This document shows, one piece after another, positions 38,958 to 50,774 of a stretch of 64,000 nt of DNA (its first letter is position 1; each line of letters starts with the position of its first letter). The stretch spans positions 2,010 through 66,009 of the forward strand of contig JAPXNL010000001.1 in assembly GCA_033808535.1 (NCBI GenBank), written 5' to 3'. Position numbers and translations under genes: made by a program. This DNA comes from Clostridia bacterium. Lineage in GTDB: Bacteria > Bacillota > Clostridia > Oscillospirales > CAG-272. Below the pieces are notes generated by a model that saw only the letters and a program-made list of their open reading frames with translations, did no database searches and had not been told where the DNA came from.

Positions 38958-40340
38958 TTACTTATTCTCTTTGTAATATTTATCAAGCAGCGCAGGTTTG
39001 ATGCGCTTCAGCTCAGAGCGCGGGAACATCGAAAGCAGCCGCCAGCCGAGATCAAGCGTTTCCTCTATCGACCTGTTCTCGTTGTAGCCCTGATTTATAT
39101 ACTGCAATTCAAACTCGTCTGCAAACCTGGCATAAAGCCTGTCCATAGGGGTGAGCGCCGCCTCGCCAAGCACGACCATCAGTTCCTTTGCCTCGCGGCC
39201 GCGCGCGTAGTTTGAGAAAAGCTGGTTCATGGTGTTTGCATGGTCTTCGCGCGTTTTGCCCACGCCTATGCCCTTGTCCTTAAGTCTTGACAGCGAGGGA
39301 AGCACGTCGATGGGCGGATTTATGCCCTTGCGGTAAAGCTCGCGCGAGAGTATTATCTGCCCCTCGGTTATATACCCCGTCAGGTCGGGGATCGGGTGGG
39401 TCTTGTCGTCCTCCGGCATTGTCAGTATCGGAATCATTGTAATGCTGCCTGTGCTTGTGACCTTGCGTCCGGCGCGCTCGTACATGGTAGCCAGGTCCGT
39501 GTAAAGGTATCCCGGATAGCCGCGGCGGCCGGGAACCTCCTTGCGCGCGGCGGAAACTTCGCGGAGCGCCTCGGCGTAGTTGGTTATATCGGTTATGATG
39601 ACAAGCACGTGCATGTTCTGCTCGAACGCCAGATATTCGGCGGCGGTCAGCGCCATGCGCGGTGTTGTAATGCGCTCGATAGCGGGGTCGGAGGCAAGGT
39701 TTATAAACAGTACGGTGCGCTCGATTGCGCCGGTACGCCTAAAGTCACTGATAAAGTAGTCCGCTTCCTCAAATGTGATGCCCACCGCGGCGAAAACCAC
39801 GGCAAAACGCGAATTCGAGGAAAGCACCTTTGCCTGGCGCGCGATCTGAGCGGCAAGCTGGGCGTGCGGCAGACCCGAGCCGGAGAATATCGGCAGCTTC
39901 TGGCCGCGCACCAATGTGTTAAGCCCGTCGATAGAGGATATGCCGGTCTGGATAAACTCCGATGGGTAATCGCGCGCTGCAGGGTTGATGGGCGTACCGT
40001 TTATATCGGGCGTCGATTCGGGTATAATGCGCGGGCCGTTGTCGATTGGCTCGCCCATACCGTTGAAAACGCGGCCCAGCATATGTGGGCTGACGCCGAG
40101 TCTGACGCCGTGACCGGCAAAACGGACTTTCGACTGGGAAAGGTTAAGCCCTGCGCTGCTTTCAAAAAGCTGCACAAGCACCGAGCTGCCGTTTACCTCA
40201 AGCACTCGGCAGCGGCGTATCTCGCCGGTTGGCAGCTCTATTTCGCCAAGTTCGTCGTATTTGACGCCCTCTACATTTCGCACGAGCATAAGAGGCCCGG
40301 CGACTTCTTCTATGGTGCGGTATTCCTTAATTATCTCCAT
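38958..40340 (-). CDS. ntpB: V-type ATP synthase subunit B
   Basis: 460-aa ORF with [14 protein letters not shown], typical non-catalytic B subunit. Confidence 0.95.
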   Translation of the reverse strand: MEIIKEYRTIEEVAGPLMLVRNVEGVKYDELGEIELPTGEIRRCRVLEVNGSSVLVQLFESSAGLNLSQSKVRFAGHGVRLGVSPHMLGRVFNGMGEPIDNGPRIIPESTPDINGTPINPAARDYPSEFIQTGISSIDGLNTLVRGQKLPIFSGSGLPHAQLAAQIARQAKVLSSNSRFAVVFAAVGITFEEADYFISDFRRTGAIERTVLFINLASDPAIERITTPRMALTAAEYLAFEQNMHVLVIITDITNYAEALREVSAARKEVPGRRGYPGYLYTDLATMYERAGRKVTSTGSITMIPILTMPEDDKTHPIPDLTGYITEGQIILSRELYRKGINPPIDVLPSLSRLKDKGIGVGKTREDHANTMNQLFSNYARGREAKELMVVLGEAALTPMDRLYARFADEFELQYINQGYNENRSIEETLDLGWRLLSMFPRSELKRIKPALLDKYYKENK

Positions 40341-42118
40341 TATATTGCCGGACCCTCCTTATATTCGGTTAAAATCGCGTCGATCTGGCTGTCAAGCTCG
40401 GCATCGATCTCGGCGTAAACCTGCCTGAAGCTGTCCTCAGGCACCGTTTTCGCGCGTCCGATTCGTTCGCGAACCGGCAGATCCGCCAGCTTGTCGATTG
40501 ACACGCCGGCCGATATCGCTTTTTTGCATTTATGGTAATAGGATAAAATCAGCTTCATGAGCGCATACTGCTTTTCCGGCGATGCGTATGCGTCGGCCGG
40601 GTCAAATGCGTCCTGCTGCAAAAAGTCCTCGCGCACCGACTGCGCACATTCAAGAATCAGTCTGTCGTCAGCCGACAGCGCGTCCACGCCGACCAGCCTG
40701 ACGATCTCCTGAAGCTCGGCCTCAAGCGATAATAGCTTCATAAGCTCGCCGATCAAAGAAGGCCAGTCGGCTGCAACATGCTCCGAATACCAGGGCGCCA
40801 GCTTGTCGCTGTAAAGCGAGTACGAGTTAAGCCAGTTTATCGCGGGGAAGTGACGGCGATAGGCAAGCGACGAGTCAAGCCCCCAGAACACCTTGACGAT
40901 GCGCAGTGTCGCCTGAGTGACCGGCTCCGACAGGTCGCCGCCCTGCGGGGAGACCGCGCCGATAGCCGAGAGTGTGCCGGTGCGCTCATCCGAGCCGAGA
41001 CACGTCACAATGCCTGCGCGCTCGTAGAACTGCGCCAGACGAGAGGTCAGATATGCCGGGTAGCCCTCCTCGCCGGGCATTTCCTCAAGCCGGCCTGACA
41101 TCTCGCGCAGCGCCTCTGCCCAGCGCGAGGTGGAGTCGGCTATAATCGCGACCGAATAGCCCATGTCGCGGAAATATTCCGCGATTGTGATGCCGGTGTA
41201 TATCGACGCCTCGCGCGCCGCAACGGGCATGTCGGAGGTATTTGCAATCAGCACAGTGCGCTTCATAAGCGAATATCCGGTTTTGGGGTCCTGCAGCTCG
41301 GGGAATTCCAACAGCACGTCTGTCATCTCGTTGCCGCGCTCGCCGCAGCCGATATAGATAACAATGTCAACGTCTGACCATTTTGCAAGCTGATGCTGGA
41401 CAACTGTTTTTCCGCTGCCGAACGGGCCGGGAATGCATGCCGTGCCGCCCTTTGCGATGGGGAACAGCGCGTCAATCGTGCGCTGTCCCGTTACCATCGG
41501 TTCAAGCGGCGGAATTTTCTTCACATACGGGCGCGCGCGGCGAACGGGCCACTTCTGCATAAGCGTCAGCGCGCGCTCACCGCTTTTGGTATCGAGCGTG
41601 CAGACCGTGTCGGTTACCCTGAAGTCGCCGCTTTCGATATGTTTGACCGTACCGCCCTCTCCAGGCGGAACCATTATCTTGTGCAACACAATCTCGCTCT
41701 CGTGCACCAGGCCGATTATATCGCCGGGAACGACAATATCGCCCGCCGACACAACTGCTTCAAAGTGCCACAGCGTATCTCTGTCAAGCGCCGGCTCGTC
41801 GAGGCCGCGCACTATATTTGGCCCGGCTTTTTCGCGCAGCTTGACAAGCGGCCGCTGGATGCCGTCGTATATGTTTGTTATAAGCCCCGGGCCAAGCTCA
41901 ACGGATAGCGGCGCGCCTGTGGACACGACTATATCGCCGCGTCCCAGCCCGGCGGTTTCCTCGTAGACCTGTATCGACGCTCTGTCGCCGTGGATTTCGA
42001 TTATTTCGCCTATCAGCTTTTTATCGCCGACACGCACAACGTCGAACATGCTCGCCTCGCGCATGCCTTCCGCGATGACGAGCGGTCCGGACACCTTTAT
42101 AATCCTGCCTTCAACCAT
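40340..42118 (-). CDS. ntpA: V-type ATP synthase catalytic subunit A
   Basis: 592-aa ORF with Walker [10 protein letters not shown] and the non-homologous insert typical of A subunits. Confidence 0.95.
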   Translation of the reverse strand: MVEGRIIKVSGPLVIAEGMREASMFDVVRVGDKKLIGEIIEIHGDRASIQVYEETAGLGRGDIVVSTGAPLSVELGPGLITNIYDGIQRPLVKLREKAGPNIVRGLDEPALDRDTLWHFEAVVSAGDIVVPGDIIGLVHESEIVLHKIMVPPGEGGTVKHIESGDFRVTDTVCTLDTKSGERALTLMQKWPVRRARPYVKKIPPLEPMVTGQRTIDALFPIAKGGTACIPGPFGSGKTVVQHQLAKWSDVDIVIYIGCGERGNEMTDVLLEFPELQDPKTGYSLMKRTVLIANTSDMPVAAREASIYTGITIAEYFRDMGYSVAIIADSTSRWAEALREMSGRLEEMPGEEGYPAYLTSRLAQFYERAGIVTCLGSDERTGTLSAIGAVSPQGGDLSEPVTQATLRIVKVFWGLDSSLAYRRHFPAINWLNSYSLYSDKLAPWYSEHVAADWPSLIGELMKLLSLEAELQEIVRLVGVDALSADDRLILECAQSVREDFLQQDAFDPADAYASPEKQYALMKLILSYYHKCKKAISAGVSIDKLADLPVRERIGRAKTVPEDSFRQVYAEIDAELDSQIDAILTEYKEGPAI

Positions 42119-42121
42119 GTG

Positions 42122-42445
42122 TTAGTTACTCTCCCTGAACAGAATGTCCGCGCCGACCGCGCGCTCGACGGATTTCCTGATTTCCGCCATGCCCATACCC
42201 CTGCTGCCTGACTTGCCCGGTATAACTATTATCGCCGGGAGCGGCGAAGTGCGGTATTCGGCTATTATATCGCCGATCAAAAGCGCAGTCAACTCGACGA
42301 CAAATATTACTGCGTATCCCTCACGCGCAGCCTGGCGAAGCGCCGTGCCGGCTGTGATCATGTCGTCGGCAATAAAAACCGTGAACCCGACCGCCATAAA
42401 GCCGAGCACGCTGTCCTTATCGCCTATCACACCGATTTTATACAT
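42122..42445 (-). CDS. V-type ATP synthase subunit F
   Basis: 107-aa ORF, MYKIGVIGDKDSVLGFMAVGF..., positioned between C and A. Confidence 0.85.
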   Translation of the reverse strand: MYKIGVIGDKDSVLGFMAVGFTVFIADDMITAGTALRQAAREGYAVIFVVELTALLIGDIIAEYRTSPLPAIIVIPGKSGSRGMGMAEIRKSVERAVGADILFRESN

Positions 42446-43502
42446 AGCTTGACCGCAGCCTTTCTCTTATGGTTTCGGCTTTAAGACCTGCAAGTTTGCC
42501 GGCTGCTATAATGCGCAGGTTCCGAACCTCATACTCGCGCGCTATAATATATGCGCCCAGCGGTTCCGGACCGTAGAGCACGCCCTTTGCCGCTTTTGCC
42601 GTGTCAAGATAAAAGTCGTCGCACTGTTTTTCCACAAATGTCAGCGACGGTCTGCCCTGCGCTGCTGATATCTTATCTGCAAGCGCGGAATACATTGTTT
42701 GCCGCAGCCGGGCGAGTAAAGCCTCCTCGCGCTCCGCTGCAGACCCGGATTCAAAGTCAAATGCCGGCGCGAAAAAGTCAAGGCCCAGCTTTGCATACGG
42801 CAACGACATGCGCTCAAAGTAGCCGAGATTTATATGCGCCCCGCTCATGCGCAAAAGTCTGACGGCGGTGAGAAAATTGGTAACGTCTGTTTTCGTCTGC
42901 ACAAGCTGCACGAAATTTTCGCAGCCGTACGATTTCGCCAGCTCCGTCATGTCTTTGTAGCATGCAGCGTCGAGCGTGACGTCTATCAGCTGCGGGTCGC
43001 CGGTTTTGGAATAAAGCTCTGCAGCCTCATTCAGCGCCTTTGCCATATGAGGCGGAAGCAGCTCAGTTGCGCCTTTTTCTTCACGCTGCGCAGCGAGTGT
43101 CACGGCGGCAGACGGTTCCACGGAGCCGAATGGCAAAAGCAGCGTGTCAGGCTCCGTGCCTCGCAGCGAGGATTTGAGCGCGGATTTAATATTATGGCAG
43201 TCGTACGGGTAGCGGAAGAAATCAAACAGACAGGGCTGCGGCGCAATCCGCGATACAAGCGAAAATGCATCCGACAGAATGCCTGTCAGCGCTTCCTCAA
43301 GCGCCGCCAGCACGGCGGATTCGGAGGCGGTTTCTTTTACCTGCGTATGAATTCCGTATTCCTCAAGCGCGCGAAAGAACTCGGCAGCGGTTTTAACGTC
43401 TGAAAGCCTTGCGCAGCGTTCGCTGCCGATTATCCCACCTTCCAGCGCGCTGATGCGTGCGCAGGCGTAAATATAATCGTCAGGTTTATATTTCTTTTTC
43501 AT
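42438..43502 (-). CDS. ntpC: V-type ATP synthase subunit C (V0 d-like)
   Basis: The start is taken at MKKKYKPDDYIYACARISALEG (43502). The track ORF adds 49 residues that would overlap subunit E. Confidence 0.85.
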   Translation of the reverse strand: MKKKYKPDDYIYACARISALEGGIIGSERCARLSDVKTAAEFFRALEEYGIHTQVKETASESAVLAALEEALTGILSDAFSLVSRIAPQPCLFDFFRYPYDCHNIKSALKSSLRGTEPDTLLLPFGSVEPSAAVTLAAQREEKGATELLPPHMAKALNEAAELYSKTGDPQLIDVTLDAACYKDMTELAKSYGCENFVQLVQTKTDVTNFLTAVRLLRMSGAHINLGYFERMSLPYAKLGLDFFAPAFDFESGSAAEREEALLARLRQTMYSALADKISAAQGRPSLTFVEKQCDDFYLDTAKAAKGVLYGPEPLGAYIIAREYEVRNLRIIAAGKLAGLKAETIRERLRSSYV

Positions 43503-43506
43503 GTCT

Positions 43507-44190
43507 TTATTCCGGCTGCTCAAAAAGCATACGGTATATCTCGCCCTCGTGTGCGGCGCGGTAGCCTGCGACAAGAGCGGAAAGCGAGCAGTTGTACTCG
43601 ATATTTCCGTAACGCAGTATAAATCCGCCGTCCATATCAGCCGGAGCATCCGATAACGTCAGTGTTTTCACGGCTACTGCCGGAGTTGACAAAGCATGAC
43701 TAACAGCTTTGGCCGCGACGGAGTTCTCGCCGCCGGCAAGATCGCGGGCGCAAAACGACACGATGTATCCGGCACTTGCAGTATTCACGCCGGACCGGTA
43801 ATATTCGGCGCTTACCGCCTCCGATGCCGCATCGGCCAATATAACTTTGCACAAAAGACGCGCGAGCAGCCCGATGTATTCCTCAGAACCCGAATGCGCC
43901 ATATCCTGCAGGCGTTCACTGACAGCGTGAAATACGCTGTCAAGAAGCTCTGCCTTTGCGGACAGCACAAAATCACGCGAAATCGACTCTGCCGCCGCTT
44001 CGGCGCGATCGAGTATCGCCTTTTCCTCCTTTGCCGCGCGGGAGGCAAAGTCGCGGTTTATATATTCGATATTGCTTTGCGTCGCGTCGTTTATCTCGGA
44101 GATATTGCTTTGCGCCGATTCGAGCAGTCCGCGCGCGAACTCTTCGGCATCGGAGATTATGCGTCCGGTAAGTTTCTCAAGATTGACCAT
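43507..44190 (-). CDS. ntpE: V-type ATP synthase subunit E
   Basis: 227-aa helical stalk protein in the K-E-C position. Confidence 0.8.
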   Translation of the reverse strand: MVNLEKLTGRIISDAEEFARGLLESAQSNISEINDATQSNIEYINRDFASRAAKEEKAILDRAEAAAESISRDFVLSAKAELLDSVFHAVSERLQDMAHSGSEEYIGLLARLLCKVILADAASEAVSAEYYRSGVNTASAGYIVSFCARDLAGGENSVAAKAVSHALSTPAVAVKTLTLSDAPADMDGGFILRYGNIEYNCSLSALVAGYRAAHEGEIYRMLFEQPE

Positions 44191-44194
44191 CAGC

Positions 44195-44722
44195 TTATAC
44201 TTTAAAGAATATGATAAGCAGCAGCGATACGAGCAGCGCTAAAATGGCGTATGTTTCCACAAGCGCGGCGTTTGTGATAGCCTTGCCGACTTCGGTTCTC
44301 TGCTTGGAGAGCAGCTGCACGCCCGCAACGCCGGCTTTTGCCTGGTGAATGGCAGAAACAAGTCCCACGATTGCAATCGGCATCGCGGCCAAAAACAGAT
44401 ACATGCCCTGGGCGACGGTCAGATCGACAGGCGTTCCGATAAGTCCGATTTTGACCATTATAAGGAAGGCTGTGATAAGGCCGTAGATACCCTGCGTGCC
44501 GGGCAGCGCCACGAGTAATAGCACCTTGCCGAATAAGCCCGGCTCCTCGGAGAGTAGCCCGTCGGCTGCCTGCGCGACCATGCCGACGCCCTTTGCGGAT
44601 CCCCAGCCGGCAAGCGCGGCGGCTAAAAACGCGCCGAGGACCGCGAGGTTCTGGCCTGTCAGCAGCGTGCTGAGCAAATAGCTGAATGTCATGGAGTATG
44701 CGGAGTTGTCCATATCAAACAT
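44195..44722 (-). CDS. ntpK: V-type ATP synthase proteolipid subunit K
   Basis: 175-aa, four-helix proteolipid. LPGTQGIYG, SAIHQAK and VETYAIL blocks align with Enterococcus hirae NtpK. Confidence 0.9.
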   Translation of the reverse strand: MFDMDNSAYSMTFSYLLSTLLTGQNLAVLGAFLAAALAGWGSAKGVGMVAQAADGLLSEEPGLFGKVLLLVALPGTQGIYGLITAFLIMVKIGLIGTPVDLTVAQGMYLFLAAMPIAIVGLVSAIHQAKAGVAGVQLLSKQRTEVGKAITNAALVETYAILALLVSLLLIIFFKV

Positions 44723-44764
44723 TTCCTTTCAGAGGGAGAAATATATCTTTTGTTTTTATTTTTA

Positions 44765-46696
44765 TCAGTCCGTGATTTCCGAATATTCAAGCTCGGGCGC
44801 AAGCGGCGCAAATGGTCTGCCGCCGTCTTCAAAGAACTTGCCGAAAAACTCTATATACTGAAGGCGGCTTGTGTGAACGAACGAGCCGAGCAGGTTTATA
44901 GCAAGGTTTATAACGTTGCTTACCACTAAAATGACGACCATTATTATATATCCGATTATGGAAGGTCCGGCCAGCGTGGAGAGGATGTTGAAAACGCTTG
45001 CTATAACCGCCGACGCCATGCCCAGCGCCATGATGCGCGAGTATGACAGCAGGTCGGCCACGAAGTTTACGAATCCGTACAGGCTTAATATGCCTTTCAG
45101 CAGCTTCATGACGGGGTTTTTGTCATCGCGGCCCTGCGAAACTATCAGCATCAGGGCACCAGTACCTGCTGTGATAAGTCCCACGGTCGAATTTACAAAG
45201 TACAGCCCGATGCCGGCGTAAATTATAAACCAGCTTCCGACGTCGAATATCGCTGCAATCGGGTGGCCGGTCACGCACAGCACGTAAAACTTTATGCACA
45301 TGCCGGCAATAAGGTGGATGAACCCGACAACAAGCGAAACGATGAGGAATTTTACCGGATCGCCCATGGGGTCAAACCAAAGCGCAGGCGACCCGATTTT
45401 AATTCCCAGCATATTTTGCGCAAATACGACAGGAAAGTCGCCAAGGTACCCTCCGAACAGCACGCCGGATAACATGCACGACAGCCCGCAGATCGCAAAC
45501 AGCGCCACAAGCCGTTTTATCCCGCGGCCAAGATGCAGAAAGCGCAGCGCGAGAAATCCGCCGGCGGATAAAATCAACCCGTATACGAAGTCGCCGAGCA
45601 TCAATCCGAAGATCACAAAGTAGAACACGCTCATGATAAGCGTCGGATCAAACGTGCCGTATGCAGGCAGCGAGTACATGCCGATGACCGTCTCGAACGG
45701 AGAAAAAAGCTTGCTGTTTTGCAGCAGTGTCGGCGGGTCGTCATCGGGTCCGGGTTCGTCAAGCGAGTATGCGCATACGAGCTTGTCCAGTTCCGACCTT
45801 ACCTTTTCAGCCGCGCGCTCGGGCACCCAGCCGATGAGTATCACGGTTTCGTGGGTGTGCGCATACCTCTGCTTTGCCTCCGCGCGCGCCGCTTTCGAGC
45901 GCATAATGTCGCATGCGCGCTTCATATCGGAAAGTCCGGCGGCAAGCTCCGAGAGCCTGGCTTTTACAGACTCAGCTTCGGCTCTCACGTTTTCCAGCTC
46001 GCGCTCCAGCTTTGCGCTTGCTTCCCGCGCGGTGCCGGTGTAAACGGATAGCTCCAGTTTCACAAAACCGTTTTGCGACAGCAGCGCGAGTATGTCCGCG
46101 TCGTCGTCGATGTGGAAAAACACCACGGTGTAGTGCGCGTTAGTGTCTGCGGCGACGCGCTCTATATGAAATCCCTCTATATGCTGCGCTAATCTCGCCT
46201 CAATGTCGTCGAGGTCGGAAGTGGCGGGAAAAGTGCCAAAGAAAACATATGTCTGCCGCGTCGAGTCAAGTTGCAGCGGCAGGTCGTATGCGTGCCACGG
46301 CTCAAGCGACGAGATTTCCGACTCAATCCGGGCGGCTTCGGCTTTCAGTTCAGCCAGCCTGTACAGCAGCCTGTCGGCCTCTTCTGCGGACTCAACGGCG
46401 CGGTTGAACCACTCGTCCGGCTCAAACAGCTCCGAATACGACAGCCGCTCCGGCAACGGGAACAATCCCGGCTTGTCCGTACGGTATGCAGTCAGCTTTT
46501 TAATTGTGTTCTCGAGCCTGAAAACGCCGAGTCTTGCTTCTTCCGCGCTCGTATCGTCAGGAGCCGCCGTGCCGCCGTCAGCCAAGGGCGTGGCGCACAG
46601 CTCCACGCACGAGAGCTTTTCCAGAACCTGTGTGAGATGTTCGCTGTCGCCTTGTGTCACCGCGGCGGTGAGCTTTTTCATTTTACAGACAGACAA
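44765..46696 (-). CDS. ntpI: V-type ATP synthase subunit I (a-subunit)
   Basis: 643-aa ORF with an N-terminal cytoplasmic coiled-coil half and a C-terminal multi-TM half containing the conserved LSYSRIMALG arginine. Confidence 0.9.
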   Translation of the reverse strand: MSVCKMKKLTAAVTQGDSEHLTQVLEKLSCVELCATPLADGGTAAPDDTSAEEARLGVFRLENTIKKLTAYRTDKPGLFPLPERLSYSELFEPDEWFNRAVESAEEADRLLYRLAELKAEAARIESEISSLEPWHAYDLPLQLDSTRQTYVFFGTFPATSDLDDIEARLAQHIEGFHIERVAADTNAHYTVVFFHIDDDADILALLSQNGFVKLELSVYTGTAREASAKLERELENVRAEAESVKARLSELAAGLSDMKRACDIMRSKAARAEAKQRYAHTHETVILIGWVPERAAEKVRSELDKLVCAYSLDEPGPDDDPPTLLQNSKLFSPFETVIGMYSLPAYGTFDPTLIMSVFYFVIFGLMLGDFVYGLILSAGGFLALRFLHLGRGIKRLVALFAICGLSCMLSGVLFGGYLGDFPVVFAQNMLGIKIGSPALWFDPMGDPVKFLIVSLVVGFIHLIAGMCIKFYVLCVTGHPIAAIFDVGSWFIIYAGIGLYFVNSTVGLITAGTGALMLIVSQGRDDKNPVMKLLKGILSLYGFVNFVADLLSYSRIMALGMASAVIASVFNILSTLAGPSIIGYIIMVVILVVSNVINLAINLLGSFVHTSRLQYIEFFGKFFEDGGRPFAPLAPELEYSEITD

Positions 46697-46746
46697 CCGT
46701 CACCGCCCCCCCGAATAAAAAGAATAAATATATATCATATTCCGCA

Positions 46747-47058
46747 TCAGCCGATTATGTCCGCAAGAATTTTATCAACACAGACGGGCAGTCTTTTCTT
46801 TGCGTCGGCTATAATTTTATCAGCAAGCTCAGCGGCGGATTTTTCGGCTTGCGCCGTGATTTCGGCTGCCCGCGCTTTGGCTGCTTCGATGCGCATCTTA
46901 TATTGCTTTGCAGCATTTTGCCGGGCTTCCTCAATTGCTTTTTCGCCGTCAGCTGTGGCACGGGCAGTAAGCTCGCGCGCCTTTGCAGCTGCGTCCGCTT
47001 TAATGCGTGCGGCTTCGTCCTCCGCTGCCTTTATTTTTTCAAACGCTTCCTTTGCCAT
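46747..47058 (-). CDS. V-type ATP synthase peripheral-stalk subunit (G/H-like)
   Basis: Start at MAKEAFEKIKAAEDEAARIKADA (47058) after GGGAG. An Ala/Lys/Glu-rich helix, first gene of the operon. Confidence 0.7.
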   Translation of the reverse strand: MAKEAFEKIKAAEDEAARIKADAAAKARELTARATADGEKAIEEARQNAAKQYKMRIEAAKARAAEITAQAEKSAAELADKIIADAKKRLPVCVDKILADIIG

Positions 47059-47210
47059 TGACCAAAACTCCCGACTGTAATAAGTTTCCCACAATTATAT
47101 CATAAATAGCCATGTATTTCAAGCAATATATTAAGTTAATATATTAAAACATTCTGTATATTATTGTATATCGTAAAAAAATTCAAAAAAATTAATAATT
47201 TTAATAAATT

Positions 47211-47855
47211 TTATTGACTTACCCCTGTTGCAACTTCAGGAAAAACCGCCGGCACGCCGCGCCTTAGTTTTTTACTGCTTTGAAGTGTGTCCAGTTCGTA
47301 TGGTTCCGCTGACAAAAACTTTTTATACTGCGACCGGCGGCAATTGCGTCCCGCCTCGGGAGTGAAGGTATTCCGGTGCATATAAAGCGTACCGGGTGAG
47401 ATCGTGTAATCCCCCGAGCCGCCGTTTTTCGCCTTGAGCTTTCGGTGCGAGCGCGTTATCGCAGAGAGCGGCAGCAGCACGGCGGATTTGCAGTCCCAGT
47501 TAAAGCAGAATCTGCGTATATATACAAGAGAATTTTCTTTTATCCTATGCACATCGAGAGAAAAGCTTATGAAACTGTCGCTGCAGAGGTAGATATGGTG
47601 TGTGATTTTCACGGAGTCGGCGCCGTGGCCCGGTTCCTGGGCTGCGGCGATAAAGCGCTCGACTGACTGGTTCAGCTTCTCGTGTGACGGGACGCGAACA
47701 CGGCGTTTCTTTGGTTTTTTGGCACCGGTATCAGTCGAGTCGGGTTGGTACAAATCTTCATTAGGGGAGAAAACCGGGTATTCCGCATAAAAAGAAATGT
47801 CGCAGCCCTCGCCGGGTCTGCGTCTTATTTTCTTTATGGTAGCCGTCACGGGCAC
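47211..47855 (-). CDS. Hypothetical protein
   Basis: 214-aa ORF after GGAGGT (GTG start at 47855 or 47849). Basic patch KKPKKRRVRVP. No family recognised. Confidence 0.4.
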   Translation of the reverse strand: MPVTATIKKIRRRPGEGCDISFYAEYPVFSPNEDLYQPDSTDTGAKKPKKRRVRVPSHEKLNQSVERFIAAAQEPGHGADSVKITHHIYLCSDSFISFSLDVHRIKENSLVYIRRFCFNWDCKSAVLLPLSAITRSHRKLKAKNGGSGDYTISPGTLYMHRNTFTPEAGRNCRRSQYKKFLSAEPYELDTLQSSKKLRRGVPAVFPEVATGVSQ

Positions 47856-47959
47856 ACCTCCGGATGCGAATTTTTACTTGCGATTTTTATAAATATATGT
47901 TATAATAATATGCTGTATTATTATTTTGATAAGTTATTTATCCTGAGGTGAAGACGCAT

Positions 47960-48877
47960 ATGCCTATTAAAATACCTTCTGCCCTGCCTGCCCGTGAGAT
48001 TCTTGAAAATGAAAATATATTCGTCATGGACGAATACAGGGCGATACATCAGGACATCCGACCGCTGCGTATTGCGATCCTCAACCTCATGCCTACCAAG
48101 ATAACGACCGAAACACAGCTTATACGCCTGCTTTCCAATACGATGCTGCAGATCGAGCTGACGCTGCTTTATACCGCCTCGCACACGCCGAAGCATACGC
48201 CCGCTGAGCATATGAGCACCTTTTATAAAAAGTTCGACGACGTGAAAAACGAGAAGTTTGACGGGCTTATCATCACAGGCGCGCCTGTCGAGAACCTGCG
48301 GTTTGAGGAAGTCGATTACTGGGACGAGCTGTGCAGGGTTATGGAATGGGCACGCACGCACGTGTTTTCCACAATGCATATCTGCTGGGCTGCGCAGGCG
48401 GGACTGTACTATTACTACGGCATACCGAAATATCCGCTGCCGGCAAAGCAGTTCGGCGTATTCATGCACAGGGTCACCGCGCCGCGGCATCCAATCGTGC
48501 GCGGGTTCGACGATGTGTTCTGGGCGCCGCACTCCCGCCACACCGAGGTGAAGGCGGAGGATATCCGTGCCGTGCCCGAGCTTGAGGTGCTTGCCGAATC
48601 CGATGAGGCCGGCGTGTATATAATCGCGGCGAAAAACTGCCGCAGCCTGTTTATCACCGGCCACTCGGAATACGATGCGGACACGCTTGCAGGCGAGTAT
48701 TTCCGCGACAAAAACAAGGGGCTGCCGATTCAGATACCCTGCAACTATTTCCCTGACGACGATCCCGAAAAACCGCCGCGCAATATCTGGCGCGGGCATT
48801 CAAACCTGCTTTTTTCAAACTGGCTCAACTACTACGTATACCAGAACACGCCTTATAACATAGACGAAATTAACTGA
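47960..48877 (+). CDS. metA: Homoserine O-acyltransferase (MetA family)
   Basis: [23 protein letters not shown]...[15 protein letters not shown] at 47960, 8 nt after GAGGTGA; the track ORF starts 4 codons earlier. Confidence 0.92.
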   Translation: MPIKIPSALPAREILENENIFVMDEYRAIHQDIRPLRIAILNLMPTKITTETQLIRLLSNTMLQIELTLLYTASHTPKHTPAEHMSTFYKKFDDVKNEKFDGLIITGAPVENLRFEEVDYWDELCRVMEWARTHVFSTMHICWAAQAGLYYYYGIPKYPLPAKQFGVFMHRVTAPRHPIVRGFDDVFWAPHSRHTEVKAEDIRAVPELEVLAESDEAGVYIIAAKNCRSLFITGHSEYDADTLAGEYFRDKNKGLPIQIPCNYFPDDDPEKPPRNIWRGHSNLLFSNWLNYYVYQNTPYNIDEIN

Positions 48878-48933
48878 TGCGCTATAACCGCGCGCCGATT
48901 TAACGCATTGCCAGAACCCGGAGGATGACATTT

Positions 48934-50742
48934 ATGCCACGCAAGTCGCGCATTCGCAACTTCTGCATTATTGCGCATATAGACCACGGCAAATCGACGC
49001 TTGCAGACCGCATACTCGAGCAGACCCGTGCCGTTTCCAGCCGTGAAATGGAGGAGCAGCTGCTTGACAACATGGAACTTGAGCGCGAGCGGGGAATTAC
49101 CATAAAGGCGCGCGCCGTGAATCTTGCCTTTGATGCAGAGGACGGCCAGACTTATACTTTCAACCTCATCGACACGCCGGGACATGTGGACTTCAACTAC
49201 GAGGTTTCACGCTCCATGAAGGCGTGCGAAGGAGCATTGCTTGTCGTCGACGCAACACAGGGCATCCAGGCGCAGACGCTTGCAAACGCATATCTTGCAA
49301 TCGACGCCGGACTTGAGATTGTGCCCGTTGTCAACAAAATCGACCTCCCGTCGGCTGATGTGGAGGCCACCCGCGATGAAATTGAAGATATCATCGGCAT
49401 ACCCGCGCGCGACTGTCCGGCGGTTTCCGCAAAATCCGGGCTGAACATCGACGATGTGCTGCGCGCCGTAATTTGTGATATACCCCCGCCCGAGGGCGAC
49501 GACGACGCGCCGCTGCGCGCGCTTGTTTTCGATTCGTACTATGACGCATATCTCGGCGTTGTGGTCTATATCCGCATAAAAGAGGGCACCGTGCGCGCGG
49601 GCGACAATATAAAGCTGATGTCTTCCGGTGCGGTCTACGAGGTTGTGGAAGTCGGAACGATGTCGCCGTTCGGACTTGTGAAACGCGATGTGCTGTTGTC
49701 GGGAGAGGTCGGATACCTGACCGCAAGCATAAAAACCGTGTCTGAGACGCGCGTCGGCGATACGATAACCAACGCCGACCGACCTGCCGCAGAGCCGCTG
49801 CCGGGATTCAGACACGCCCTGCCGATGGTTTTCGCGGGCATATACCCCGCCGACGGCGCAAAATACGGCGATTTGCGCGACGCGCTTGAAAAACTGCAGC
49901 TCAACGACGCGGCGCTCGCGTTTGAGCCTGAGACCTCGATAGCATTGGGATTTGGCTTTCGGTGCGGATTTCTCGGCCTGCTTCACATGGAGATCATCGA
50001 GGAGCGGCTCGAGCGCGAGTTCAACCTTGACCTTATCACCACCGCGCCGAGCGTTATATACGAGATAACAAAAAAGGATGGCAATGTGGTGCGCATAGAC
50101 AACCCGTCCAACTACCCGCCGCCCGACGAGATAATGTCTGCCGCGGAGCCGATTGTGAAGGCGACTATTATCACGCCTACCGAGTATGTCGGCAATATAA
50201 TGGATCTTTGTCAGGACAGGCGCGGCGTGTTCATCGACATGAAATATCTCGACACAAAACGCGCAGAGCTGCATTATGACCTTCCGCTCAACGAGATTAT
50301 CTACGACTTTTTCGACGCACTGAAGAGCCGCAGCAAGGGCTACGCCTCGCTCGACTACGAGCTGAAGGGCTATGCGCCGAGCAAACTGGTCAAGCTCGAT
50401 TTCCTCTTGAACGGCGACCCCGTCGACGCACTGTCGTTTATAGTTCACGAGGAAAAGGCATATCCCCGAGCGCGAAAAATCGCGGAGAAGCTTAAGGAAA
50501 ATATACCGCGCCACCTTTTTGAGATACCGATTCAGGCCGCGATCGGCGGCAAGATTATAGCGCGCGAAACCGTCAAGGCATTGCGCAAGGATGTGCTTGC
50601 AAAGTGCTACGGAGGGGACATAACGCGCAAAAAGAAGCTGCTTGAAAAGCAAAAAGAGGGCAAAAAGAAAATGCGTAAGCTCGGCACCGTTGAAGTCACG
50701 CCCGAAACGTTTATGGCGGTGCTCAAGTTCGATGAGGACTGA
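48934..50742 (+). CDS. lepA: Elongation factor 4 (LepA)
   Basis: [28 protein letters not shown], and the C-terminal LepA domain. ATG at 48934 after GGAGG. Confidence 0.96.
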   Translation: MPRKSRIRNFCIIAHIDHGKSTLADRILEQTRAVSSREMEEQLLDNMELERERGITIKARAVNLAFDAEDGQTYTFNLIDTPGHVDFNYEVSRSMKACEGALLVVDATQGIQAQTLANAYLAIDAGLEIVPVVNKIDLPSADVEATRDEIEDIIGIPARDCPAVSAKSGLNIDDVLRAVICDIPPPEGDDDAPLRALVFDSYYDAYLGVVVYIRIKEGTVRAGDNIKLMSSGAVYEVVEVGTMSPFGLVKRDVLLSGEVGYLTASIKTVSETRVGDTITNADRPAAEPLPGFRHALPMVFAGIYPADGAKYGDLRDALEKLQLNDAALAFEPETSIALGFGFRCGFLGLLHMEIIEERLEREFNLDLITTAPSVIYEITKKDGNVVRIDNPSNYPPPDEIMSAAEPIVKATIITPTEYVGNIMDLCQDRRGVFIDMKYLDTKRAELHYDLPLNEIIYDFFDALKSRSKGYASLDYELKGYAPSKLVKLDFLLNGDPVDALSFIVHEEKAYPRARKIAEKLKENIPRHLFEIPIQAAIGGKIIARETVKALRKDVLAKCYGGDITRKKKLLEKQKEGKKKMRKLGTVEVTPETFMAVLKFDED

Positions 50743-50774
50743 AGCTGAACCTGTTGACGCATATATTAAACAAT

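Noticed and set aside
43503-43649. A 49-codon N-terminal extension of the V-ATPase subunit C ORF.
   Set aside because: It would overlap the 3' end of subunit E by about 140 nt. The internal start MKKKYKPDDYIY sits a few nucleotides from the subunit E stop, as expected for operon coupling.
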